From: Flavobacteriaceae bacterium
GTDB lineage: Bacteria > Bacteroidota > Bacteroidia > Flavobacteriales > Flavobacteriaceae
DNA: 64,000 nucleotides
Assembly (NCBI GenBank): GCA_002723295.1
Contig: PBNP01000027.1
Coordinates: 8,006 to 72,005 of the forward strand
Direction of reading: 5' to 3'
The notes beneath the pieces were generated by a model. It saw nothing but the letters and a program-made list of their open reading frames with translations. It did not search any database and was not told where the DNA came from. The position numbers were made by a program, and so were the translations under genes. Shown here piece by piece: positions 55,887-64,000 of this stretch (positions within the stretch are counted from its first letter, which is position 1; every line of letters begins with the position of its first letter).

Positions 55887-56447
55887 ATGCTTAGACATTT
55901 ATTTACAATAGTTATTGCATTTAATTTTTTTCAAACCTATTCTCAAGAAATTAAATGGGTGACTCTTGAAGAGGCATTAATAGCTCAGAAAATTAAACCA
56001 AAAAAAATTATAATGGATGTTTATACTGATTGGTGTGGTCCATGTAAATTAATGGATAAGAATACATTTGGCAACACTGATTTAGCTGCATATGTCAATG
56101 AATATTATTATGCTGTAAAGTTTAATGCTGAAGGTAATGAAACAATTAATTTTTATGATTATACTTTCAAAAACCCAAATTATGATCCAAACAGAAAAGG
56201 CAAGAATAGCACACATCAGTTTACGCAGTTTTTGGGAGTAACTGGATACCCTACTACTATATTTTTAAGTGAACTAGGTGATTTAATTACTCCGGTTGTT
56301 GGTTACCATACAGCCCAACAATTAGAATTATATCTTAAAATGATTAAACAGGGAGATTATCAAGTTTTTACTTCAGCTAAAGATTTTGAAAATTATAAAA
56401 AGTATTTTAAGCCAAAATTTAGAATTAAGAGTAAAAAACTCAACTAA
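55887..56447 (+). CDS. exported thioredoxin-fold protein
   Basis: Signal peptide. DVYTDWCGPCKLMD carries the CxxC motif in a thioredoxin-like context. Confidence 0.6.
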   Translation: MLRHLFTIVIAFNFFQTYSQEIKWVTLEEALIAQKIKPKKIIMDVYTDWCGPCKLMDKNTFGNTDLAAYVNEYYYAVKFNAEGNETINFYDYTFKNPNYDPNRKGKNSTHQFTQFLGVTGYPTTIFLSELGDLITPVVGYHTAQQLELYLKMIKQGDYQVFTSAKDFENYKKYFKPKFRIKSKKLN

Positions 56448-56451
56448 AACT

Positions 56452-57558
56452 TTAACTTTCTTTTAAAATTAGATTAGCTACTATTTTGCTTGCACCCCCC
56501 TTATCTAATAACTTATTTAACTTTTTGTAGTTGTTTTTTACATTCTTGATTTCAGAATTTGATAGAAGTCTTTTTAAGTATAAAACAATATTTTTTGAAT
56601 TACACTTGTTTTGGATTAACTCCTTTACAATTTCTTTATCCATTATTAAATTAACCAATGATATAAACTTTAGTTTAACTATGAACTTAGCTATTATATA
56701 GTTTAAGAAATTACTTTTATAACATACAATTTGAGGAACTCCAAATAATGCAGCTTCAAGAGTTGCTGTTCCACTTGCAACTAGTGCAGCATGAGAATAT
56801 TGAAGCAAATCATAGGTTTTACCAAAGATTATAGGAACTTTAATTTTTTTTGAAATAAAATTATAGTCACTCTTAGACCTTCCTGGAGAACCTGCTATAA
56901 CAAATTGAAATTCTGGAAACTCAAGTTTAGCTTTAATAAACTCTGGAAGTATTTTATTAATTTCTTGTTTTCGACTGCCAGGCATAAGTGCTATTATTTT
57001 TTTCCTTTTACTAAGATGATTATTTTTTAAGAAATTTAAATCTTTTTTCCATTTTGGTATTTGTTCTAATAAAGGATGACCAACATAGTCTACAGAATAT
57101 TTATGATTTTTATCAAAAAAAATTTTTTCAAATGGTAAAATAACATATAATTTATCTACACTATGTCTTATTGTAGACACTCTATTTTCTTTCCATGCCC
57201 AAACTTGAGGACTAATGTAGTAATGATTTTTGAATCCTTTTTTTTTAGCCCACTTCGCAATACGGAGATTAAACCCTGGATAATCAATATATATAATATA
57301 GTGAGGATTATAGATTTTAATATCTCTTTTACAAAATTTTAAGTTATTTATTATTGAAGTCATATTTTTGAATACTTCCCAAAACCCCATAAATGAAATA
57401 TCTCTATAGTGTTTTACTATATAAGCCCCTTCTTTATTCATAAGATTACCTCCCCAGCAACGAAAATCAGCTTGTTTGTCTAATAATTTAATTTCCTTGA
57501 TTAATGATGCTCCATGTAAATCTCCTGATGCTTCACCAGCAATTATATAATATTTCAT
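56452..57558 (-). CDS. lpxB: lipid-A-disaccharide synthase
   Basis: The N-terminal YYIIAGEASGDLHGASLI, YISPQVWAWK and SGTATLEAALFGVPQIV blocks are typical of LpxB. Confidence 0.85.
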   Translation of the reverse strand: MKYYIIAGEASGDLHGASLIKEIKLLDKQADFRCWGGNLMNKEGAYIVKHYRDISFMGFWEVFKNMTSIINNLKFCKRDIKIYNPHYIIYIDYPGFNLRIAKWAKKKGFKNHYYISPQVWAWKENRVSTIRHSVDKLYVILPFEKIFFDKNHKYSVDYVGHPLLEQIPKWKKDLNFLKNNHLSKRKKIIALMPGSRKQEINKILPEFIKAKLEFPEFQFVIAGSPGRSKSDYNFISKKIKVPIIFGKTYDLLQYSHAALVASGTATLEAALFGVPQIVCYKSNFLNYIIAKFIVKLKFISLVNLIMDKEIVKELIQNKCNSKNIVLYLKRLLSNSEIKNVKNNYKKLNKLLDKGGASKIVANLILKES

Positions 57559-57559
57559 T

Positions 57560-57841
57560 TTATATAAGTTTTATTATACCAATTAATAGTACAATCAATA
57601 AAGAAATAATAACTAAACCAGCCGCAAAAGATGTTTTGTTTTTTCTTATAGCTATGATAAAGATAAACAGGTTTATTAAAGCACCTAAACTAATTAATCC
57701 AGTGAGTTTGCCTTGTTTATACATGAACTCCCATGTATCTTCTATTGGTGAGTTTGATAGAATCAAAGTCAAAAAAATTGTTGATGAAGTTGATGCAAAT
57801 AAACCAGCTAAAATACCAGAAAAAATTTCTTTTTTATTCAA
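57560..57841 (-). CDS. small three-TM membrane protein
   Basis: 93 aa and hydrophobic. Overlaps the surE stop by 8 nt and ends 1 nt before the lpxB start, so it is preferred over the antisense ORF 57504..57857. Confidence 0.55.
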   Translation of the reverse strand: MNKKEIFSGILAGLFASTSSTIFLTLILSNSPIEDTWEFMYKQGKLTGLISLGALINLFIFIIAIRKNKTSFAAGLVIISLLIVLLIGIIKLI

Positions 57842-58610
57842 AATGCCATGTTTTTAATTCCTTAATTACAGTATGTGCTGTCAAGTCATATTGAACTGGT
57901 ACAATTGAAATATACTTTTTACTTAGTGCCCATTCATCAGTATCTTGACCATTATCTTTATTAATAAATTTTCCAGTAAGCCAATAATATTTTTTACCCA
58001 TTGGATTAGTTCTTTTATCAAACTCTTCCATCCAAGAGGCCTCTGCTTGTCTACATATTTTAATCCCTCTAATGTCTTTATGGTTATCAACTTTTGGTAA
58101 ATTAACATTTAAAACAACATTTTTCGGTATTCCATTTTTTAAAGCAGATTTAGTGATAGATTCAATTGAAGACTTGAAAGGGTCAAAATTGGCTCTCCAT
58201 CTATGATCTAATAAAGAAAAACCTATAGCAGGAACCCCTTCTATACCAGCTTCTATGGCTGCACTCATAGTCCCTGAATAAATTACATTAATTGATGAAT
58301 TAGAACCATGATTTATTCCTGCAACACATATATCTGGTTTTCTTTCAAGTAATTCATTTACTGCAAGTTTTATACAATCAGTAGGTGTGCCAGAACACCT
58401 GTATTCTATTTGGGGCCCATCATCAATTTTTATTTTAAAGCATTGTAGAGTTGAGTTAATAGTTATAGCGTGACCCATTCCAGATTGAGGAAACTCAGGT
58501 GCTACAACAACTACTTTTCCAATTTTGTTCATTATTTCAATTAACGACCTAATTCCTGGAGCTGTAATTCCATCGTCATTTGTTACAAGTATTAGGGGAG
58601 GGTTAGCCAT
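57834..58610 (-). CDS. surE: 5'/3'-nucleotidase SurE
   Basis: Shows the ILVTNDDGITAPGI, GINHGSN and YSGTMSAA motifs. Confidence 0.85.
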   Translation of the reverse strand: MANPPLILVTNDDGITAPGIRSLIEIMNKIGKVVVVAPEFPQSGMGHAITINSTLQCFKIKIDDGPQIEYRCSGTPTDCIKLAVNELLERKPDICVAGINHGSNSSINVIYSGTMSAAIEAGIEGVPAIGFSLLDHRWRANFDPFKSSIESITKSALKNGIPKNVVLNVNLPKVDNHKDIRGIKICRQAEASWMEEFDKRTNPMGKKYYWLTGKFINKDNGQDTDEWALSKKYISIVPVQYDLTAHTVIKELKTWHFE

Positions 58611-58624
58611 TTTAGTAATTTATG

Positions 58625-58632
58625 CAAAATTA
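58625..58632 (-). promoter_or_regulatory. candidate -7 box TAATTTTG for the surE-lpxB operon
   Basis: Exact TAnnTTTG match on the minus strand, 14 nt upstream of ATG 58610. Confidence 0.45.
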
Positions 58633-58752
58633 CTAAAATTCTTGTGGGTATAAATTCATTTGGACTTTAACAAAAAGTTTTATTTAAGGATTTTATTGAT
58701 TATTCCTTTTTCTTTACTTTTATTGTTCAAAAAGTATTAATTTATTTAGATA

Positions 58753-60882
58753 GTGCGCCCATTTGATATTCTTTTTTCGATTCTGTTTTCGATTTACATC
58801 TTTTCTAACTATTCTTTCATAGGTATAGATAAAAGTGACAAGGATAAGTTGCTTATTGAAATCATTTCATATGTAATTGATAAGGGACATTATAATCCAA
58901 AAGAAATGAATGATCAGTTTTCTGAAAATGTTTATAAATCTTTTTTAGATGGTTTAGATGGTCAACATCGTTTTTTTCTTAAAAATGATATTAATAATTT
59001 TTCAAGATTCAAATCTGAAATTGATAATGAACTTAAATCTTCTAATATTAATTTTTTTGATGTTACTTATGAAAAATTAATGTTAAGAATTAGCCAAGTA
59101 AAAGAATTTTATCCAATCCTTTTAGAGAAGCCTTTTGATTTTAGCATAAAAGAATCAACATCGTTAAATTATAAATCTCTTCCTTATGCAAATAATTTAG
59201 ATCAATTAAAGGTTTTATGGAGAAAAAGATTAAAACTATCTACACTTAGTAGATTTGTTGTTAAAAAAGAAGAGGAACAAGCTAAGCTTAAAAGTGACCC
59301 ATCATATTTAATTAAGTCAGATATGGTTTTGGAAGAAGAATCTCGAATGTTAACTTTTGAAAATATCGAAAATTATTTTGAATTAGTTGATGATTTAGAT
59401 CGTAAGGATTGGTTCAATCTTTATTTAAATTCAATTGTAATGGAATTTGATCCTCATACCTACTATTTTGCTCCTGATGACAAAGAAGCTTTTGATACAA
59501 ATATGTCAGGAAAATATGAGGGTATAGGCGCTAGGTTACAAAAGAAAAATCAACAGGTTACTATTGTTGAGGTTTTATCTGGAGGGCCAGTATGGAGAAA
59601 CAATCTACTTCAGGTAGGAGATATCATTCTTATGGTTGCACAACCAAATGAAGAGCCAGTGGAAATTTCAGGAATGAGACTGGGAGATGCTATAAAACTT
59701 ATTAAAGGTCCTAAAGGAACATTTGTTACTCTTACAGTGAAACGGGTCAAAGGAAATATTGAAGAAGTAGAAATTAGGCGAGATGAAATTATTATCGAAG
59801 AATCATATGCTAAAAGTGCAATCATTAAAAAAAATAATAAAAAGTATGGTTTAATTGAACTACCAAAGTTTTATGTTAATTTTAAGGATTACAATGAACG
59901 AAATGCTGCAAGCGATGTAAAAAAAACCTTAATAGAATTCAATAATGAATTTGTAGATGGTGTAATTCTTGATTTGAGAAATAATGGAGGCGGATCACTT
60001 AAAACAGTAGTTGATATGACAGGATACTTTATTGAAAAAGGTCCAATTGTTCAAGTAAAAAGTACTGGAGGAAGAAAGGAAGTTCTAAGTGATAATGACT
60101 CTTCTTTAATTTGGGATGGACCTTTAGTAATTTTGGTTAATGAGTTTTCAGCATCAGCTTCTGAAATATTGGCAGCAGCACTTCAAGATTATAGAAGAGC
60201 GATTGTTTTAGGAAGCAATCAAACATATGGAAAAGGAACTGTTCAAAACATAGTTGATCTAAATAGAGTTTTAGCAGCTAATTCATATGGAGATCTTGGT
60301 GCTTTAAAAATTACTACAGATAAATTTTATAGAATTAATGGTGGATCAACTCAATTAGAAGGAGTTAAAAGTGATATTGTTTTCCCTAGTTTATACAATT
60401 CAGTTAATATTGGAGAAAAAGACCAATCAAATCCTTTGTCATGGGATAGAATATCTCCAGCTTACTATTCTTCATGGGAAGATAAAATACCTTACAATTA
60501 TATTATCTCTAAAAGTAAGAATAGATTAGATAACAATCCTTTAATTAGGCTAATAATAGAGCAGGCAGAATGGATTAAACATAAGCAAGATGACTACGAT
60601 TATCCTCTTGATTATAAAAGTTATCTTGATGAAAGAGAAAGTGATAAAACAATTTCTGAACGTTTTGATGTATTAGATAATTATGATTCAGGATTGTCTA
60701 TAATTTGGCTTCCAGATCCTATTCAAACAAAAGGGTCCAAGCAAGATTATATAATAAAAAAAGACAGATGGGTTAAGGGTCTAAAAAAAGACATGTATTT
60801 GGATGAAGCAATTAATATATTGACAGATATAAGTTCTAATAATTCTATTTCCTCTAAGAAGCTAGCTGAAAAAAACAATTGA
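58753..60882 (+). CDS. S41 family C-terminal processing (tail-specific) peptidase
   Basis: PDZ-like segment (GIGARLQKKNQQVTIVEVLSGGPVWRNNLLQVGDIIL), the LDLRNNGGG block and the catalytic region NEFSASASEILAAALQDY ... GKGTVQ. GTG start. Confidence 0.8.
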   Translation: MRPFDILFSILFSIYIFSNYSFIGIDKSDKDKLLIEIISYVIDKGHYNPKEMNDQFSENVYKSFLDGLDGQHRFFLKNDINNFSRFKSEIDNELKSSNINFFDVTYEKLMLRISQVKEFYPILLEKPFDFSIKESTSLNYKSLPYANNLDQLKVLWRKRLKLSTLSRFVVKKEEEQAKLKSDPSYLIKSDMVLEEESRMLTFENIENYFELVDDLDRKDWFNLYLNSIVMEFDPHTYYFAPDDKEAFDTNMSGKYEGIGARLQKKNQQVTIVEVLSGGPVWRNNLLQVGDIILMVAQPNEEPVEISGMRLGDAIKLIKGPKGTFVTLTVKRVKGNIEEVEIRRDEIIIEESYAKSAIIKKNNKKYGLIELPKFYVNFKDYNERNAASDVKKTLIEFNNEFVDGVILDLRNNGGGSLKTVVDMTGYFIEKGPIVQVKSTGGRKEVLSDNDSSLIWDGPLVILVNEFSASASEILAAALQDYRRAIVLGSNQTYGKGTVQNIVDLNRVLAANSYGDLGALKITTDKFYRINGGSTQLEGVKSDIVFPSLYNSVNIGEKDQSNPLSWDRISPAYYSSWEDKIPYNYIISKSKNRLDNNPLIRLIIEQAEWIKHKQDDYDYPLDYKSYLDERESDKTISERFDVLDNYDSGLSIIWLPDPIQTKGSKQDYIIKKDRWVKGLKKDMYLDEAINILTDISSNNSISSKKLAEKNN

Positions 60883-60892
60883 ATATAATAAG

Positions 60893-60919
60893 TTTTAAGA
60901 TTATTTACAATCTTAAAAT
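60893..60919. terminator. bidirectional hairpin between convergent genes
   Basis: Perfect 10-bp stem TTTTAAGATT / AATCTTAAAA with 7-nt loop, followed by TTTT on the plus strand. Confidence 0.5.
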
Positions 60920-60923
60920 TTTA

Positions 60924-62177
60924 TCACCATTGATTAAACCTGTTTACATCAAAATTTAAATAAAGAAAAATTAGTATACTAAAACTGAGCATACTTGATC
61001 CTCCATAGCTTATAAATGGAAGGGGAATTCCTATCGTAGGAAGTAATCCTAATGACATTCCAATATTTATTATAAAATGAAAGGTAATCAGTGATGCTAT
61101 ACAGTAAATAAAAACTCTATTAAAAATATTTTTCTGTTTTTCCCCTCTATCTAAAATTCTAAGTATCAGAATTAAAAATAATAAAATTAATACCATACTA
61201 CCAATAAAACCCCATTCCTCAGCTATATTAGTAAAAATATAATCAGTATGTTGAGCAGGCACAAAATTTCCTTTAGTCTGAGTTCCTTGCAGGAATCCTT
61301 TTCCAATTAAACCTCCAGATCCAATTGCAATTTTTGATTGGTTTATGTTATAGCCAACCCCTTTAATATCTTCGGTTATACCAAGAATTACATTAAATCT
61401 ATCTCTATGTCTTTGCTCAAAAACTGAATTAAAAATAAAATTAACTGATAAACAAAATGTAACTCCAGCTATTATCAACAAAAAATATTTGTTAAACTTT
61501 GTTTTAGAATTATATTTCTTAATAAAAAAATATTGAACTAAAACTGACAGGATTATTATAATAAAAACAAGATATATTGACAACACTAATGTTAAAACAA
61601 ATAAAATTAAACCAACAATAATTAAAAACAGATATTTAATTGGCAGACCTTCTCTAAAAAAAACTAAAATGAAAGATGAGAAAACAATTGCAGAACCAGG
61701 GTCACGTTGAGAAATAATTAAAATGCTAGGGATTAAAATAATCAATAGAGCTTTAATTAATGAATTTGTTTTTGTTATATCAGTTTGTATATTAGTGAAA
61801 TAACTTGCAATCATTAAAGCAGTTGAAATTTTTGCAAATTCAGAAGGCTGTATTTTTATAGTTCCAATTTTATACCAAGAAGTAGAGCCTGCTGCTGTAT
61901 CTCCTATTAAAAAAAGACCAATAAGAGATATAATACTTAAAATATAAATTATAAAAGAAACTTGCTGAAAAAAACCAGGTTTAATATTTAGAATTAATAT
62001 CCCAATTAATATACTTGAAATACAAAATAAGATTTGTTTACCTACAATCGATGAAAAGAAAATAATATTATTTTCTTCATAAGTGGAGGAATAAATACTA
62101 ATAATTCCTATTAAAAGAAAGGAAAAATAAATTAAAATAACAGTCCAATCTAGACGAAATATAAAATCTTTATTCAT
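60924..62177 (-). CDS. rodA: rod shape-determining SEDS glycosyltransferase RodA
   Basis: About 10 TMs. Shows DPGSA, GSGGLIGKGFLQGTQTKGNFVPAQHTDYIF and PFISYGGSS blocks of the FtsW/RodA/SpoVE family. Overlaps mrdA by 8 nt. Confidence 0.8.
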   Translation of the reverse strand: MNKDFIFRLDWTVILIYFSFLLIGIISIYSSTYEENNIIFFSSIVGKQILFCISSILIGILILNIKPGFFQQVSFIIYILSIISLIGLFLIGDTAAGSTSWYKIGTIKIQPSEFAKISTALMIASYFTNIQTDITKTNSLIKALLIILIPSILIISQRDPGSAIVFSSFILVFFREGLPIKYLFLIIVGLILFVLTLVLSIYLVFIIIILSVLVQYFFIKKYNSKTKFNKYFLLIIAGVTFCLSVNFIFNSVFEQRHRDRFNVILGITEDIKGVGYNINQSKIAIGSGGLIGKGFLQGTQTKGNFVPAQHTDYIFTNIAEEWGFIGSMVLILLFLILILRILDRGEKQKNIFNRVFIYCIASLITFHFIINIGMSLGLLPTIGIPLPFISYGGSSMLSFSILIFLYLNFDVNRFNQW

Positions 62178-64000
62178 TTATTTTAAAATCTTTTTTAGAA
62201 TATGGTTTAAAATATTCATTAATTAAACTGCCATTAATCATCCTGTTTTCAAGCCATTTTCGTTTTGTAGATTTATTTAAACGCTTTTCAATCATTAAAC
62301 TGGCTATTGGAGCAGCCCATCTAGATCCCCAGAATCCATTTTCAATATATACAGCAATTGCTATTTTAGGATTATTTTTTGGAGCAAACGCCACAAAAAT
62401 GGAATGGTCTGTTAATTGAGTTTTTTTGCCTTTAATCAAAGTAAAGTTTTCAACAGTTCCAGTTTTTCCACAAACTTCAATTCCTGAAATTTTAGCAATT
62501 TTTGCAGTTCCATTTTCAACTACTTTTTCCATCCCACTTATTATTGGTTCAAAATTCAAAGAATCAATTGTTGAAACTTTTTTTTCAAAAGGTTTTAAAT
62601 CTGTATTTCCATTAATTGATTTTAAAAAGTGAGGGGTTATATAATAACCTCTATTTGCTATAACTGCAGTAAAATTTGCCATTTGAATGGGAGTAACCAA
62701 TATCTCTCCTTGGCCTATAGAATTTGATATTATTGTAGGAGCTTTCCAACCTCCTTTATTATATAAATTGTTATAATAGTCTGAGTCTGGAATAAACCCA
62801 GATTTTCCTATTGGCAAGTCGTACCCCAAATAATCACCTAAACCAAAACTATTCAAGTGCTTTTTCCAGGTATCTAATCCATCAGAAGGGGAAGCTTTAG
62901 AATTAATTATTTTATTAAAAGTTTTAGCAAAATATGTATTACAAGATTTATAAATTGCAGAAACTAGGCTATTCCTAGTTCCAATTTTACAATGACATTC
63001 CATAAATGCATTTTTCGCATAAAAATGACCTTTATTACAAACCACTTTATTTTTTGGTTGAATTACTTTTTCTTGCAAAGCAATCAACCCGTTTAATAGT
63101 TTAAATGGAGATCCAGGAGAATATTGAGCTTGAAGACATCTGTCAAATAAGGGTTTTGAAATGGAATCATTTAATAATTCTTTATAGTTTATAGACCTTC
63201 CTCTTCCTACTAACAAACTAGGGTTATAGTTTGGAGCAGATATAAGTGCCAATATTTCTCCTGATTTTGGTTCTATAGCAACTATACCACCTCTTTTATT
63301 TTTAAGTAATTTTTCACCATATTCTTGAAGTTTAGCATCTATTGTTAATATTAAATTATTAGCTTCTTTTGATTTAATATCGTATTTACCATTTTCAAAA
63401 GAACCTATTATTCTGTTATATCGATCCTTTTGAAAAAATGATTTGCCCTTTAGTCCTCTAAGATATTTTTCATAAAATTTTTCAATGCCTTGTCTGCCGA
63501 TTAGTTCTCCTGATTTATAATAATAATCTTTTTTAAGATCATTTTCATTTACCTCACTTAAATAGCCTAAAATGTTTGAAGCAATAGGATTTGGGTAATA
63601 TCTTAAAGATTTTTTTTGTATATAAAAGCCAGGATATTTCCATAACTTCTCTTGAAGAGTTGCATGGTTTTCTTTAGAAATTTCGCTAATTATTACAGAA
63701 GGCTTTTTATTAGAAAATGTTCTTGCTTTATTAATTCTAAACTTTAGATCTTCATAGGATAATTTCAACAGATTTTTTAATTCTAAAGTATCAAATTCAG
63801 AAGTGTTTTCAGGAATTATCATTAAATCATACCCTGGTTTATTCGAAACCAGTATATCCCCATTTCGGTCATATATATAACCTCTTTCAGGAAAAACAGG
63901 TAGTTCGATTAAAGCATTATTTTCAGAAAGTGATTTATAATAAGGGTTTATTAATTGAAGAGTAATTAAACGAAATACAAAAATAATAGTTACTAAAACC
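62170..64000 (-). CDS. mrdA: penicillin-binding protein 2 (5' end outside window)
   Basis: I translated the frame beyond Met 63822 and it stays open to the window edge (VLVTIIFVFRLITLQLINPYYKSLSENNALIELPVFPERGYIYDRNGDIL). Transpeptidase motifs are SPGSPFK (SxxK), SNS and KTGT. Confidence 0.8.
   Translation of the reverse strand, partial: VLVTIIFVFRLITLQLINPYYKSLSENNALIELPVFPERGYIYDRNGDILVSNKPGYDLMIIPENTSEFDTLELKNLLKLSYEDLKFRINKARTFSNKKPSVIISEISKENHATLQEKLWKYPGFYIQKKSLRYYPNPIASNILGYLSEVNENDLKKDYYYKSGELIGRQGIEKFYEKYLRGLKGKSFFQKDRYNRIIGSFENGKYDIKSKEANNLILTIDAKLQEYGEKLLKNKRGGIVAIEPKSGEILALISAPNYNPSLLVGRGRSINYKELLNDSISKPLFDRCLQAQYSPGSPFKLLNGLIALQEKVIQPKNKVVCNKGHFYAKNAFMECHCKIGTRNSLVSAIYKSCNTYFAKTFNKIINSKASPSDGLDTWKKHLNSFGLGDYLGYDLPIGKSGFIPDSDYYNNLYNKGGWKAPTIISNSIGQGEILVTPIQMANFTAVIANRGYYITPHFLKSINGNTDLKPFEKKVSTIDSLNFEPIISGMEKVVENGTAKIAKISGIEVCGKTGTVENFTLIKGKKTQLTDHSIFVAFAPKNNPKIAIAVYIENGFWGSRWAAPIASLMIEKRLNKSTKRKWLENRMINGSLINEYFKPYSKKDFKINE

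Noticed and set aside
57504-57857. 117-aa plus-strand ORF competing with the 93-aa minus-strand ORF between surE and lpxB.
   Set aside because: The minus-strand ORF encodes a clean three-TM protein and is translationally packed into the surE-lpxB operon (8-nt overlap, 1-nt gap). The plus-strand ORF would run antisense across the ends of both neighbours.
1-64000. Search by eye for CRISPR arrays, long tandem repeats, IS inverted repeats, rRNA and tmRNA/RNase P-like structured RNAs.
   Set aside because: I saw no regularly spaced direct repeats and no non-coding stretch longer than about 220 nt. The only repeats found are the 15-nt pair at 52501-52537 and the 55-nt intragenic inverted repeat. 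Structured RNAs other than the two tRNAs cannot be excluded without covariance-model searches.

Overview
AT-rich, very gene-dense chromosomal segment (about 56 CDS, 2 tRNAs, almost no non-coding DNA). It has the hallmarks of a marine Flavobacteriia/Bacteroidota genome: a SusC/SusD pair, many lipoprotein signal peptides, TAnnTTTG -7 promoter boxes, LptC/LpxB/GldE-like envelope genes and a class II HMG-CoA reductase. The left ~29 kb is an accessory nutrient-utilisation region in three parts. (1) 2.1-9.3 kb: a formylglycine-generating enzyme plus four Cys-type sulfatases. (2) 11.2-22.0 kb: a minus-strand run of DUF5916/CBM9-like, S9 peptidase, SusC, SusD and two esterases. (3) 22.1-29.1 kb: GH109-like, NagB-LmbE fusion, DUF1080, Gfo/Idh/MocA and D-aminoacylase. 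At 29.3-31.4 kb lies a TsdA-like dihaem cytochrome c with two exported DsrE-like proteins. The right half is mostly housekeeping: LtaS-like plus DAG-kinase-like, rmuC, a LolA-like + MacB-type ABC + outer-membrane barrel cluster, coaX, lptC, PpiD-like, mevalonate genes, two POT transporters, lpxB, surE, S41 protease, rodA and mrdA. I saw no rRNA, CRISPR, transposase, integrase, phage or recognisable defence genes, and no recognisable transcription factor. I do not see an unambiguous novel system. The best candidates for follow-up are: the exported TsdA-like/DsrE-like trio; the five-gene LolA-like trans-envelope cluster; the glycoside-hydrolase-poor utilisation locus built around NAD-dependent enzymes; and a 55-nt perfectly identical inverted repeat inside two divergent sulfatase paralogues. 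All family assignments rest on motifs read by eye and recalled family knowledge. No searches were run.
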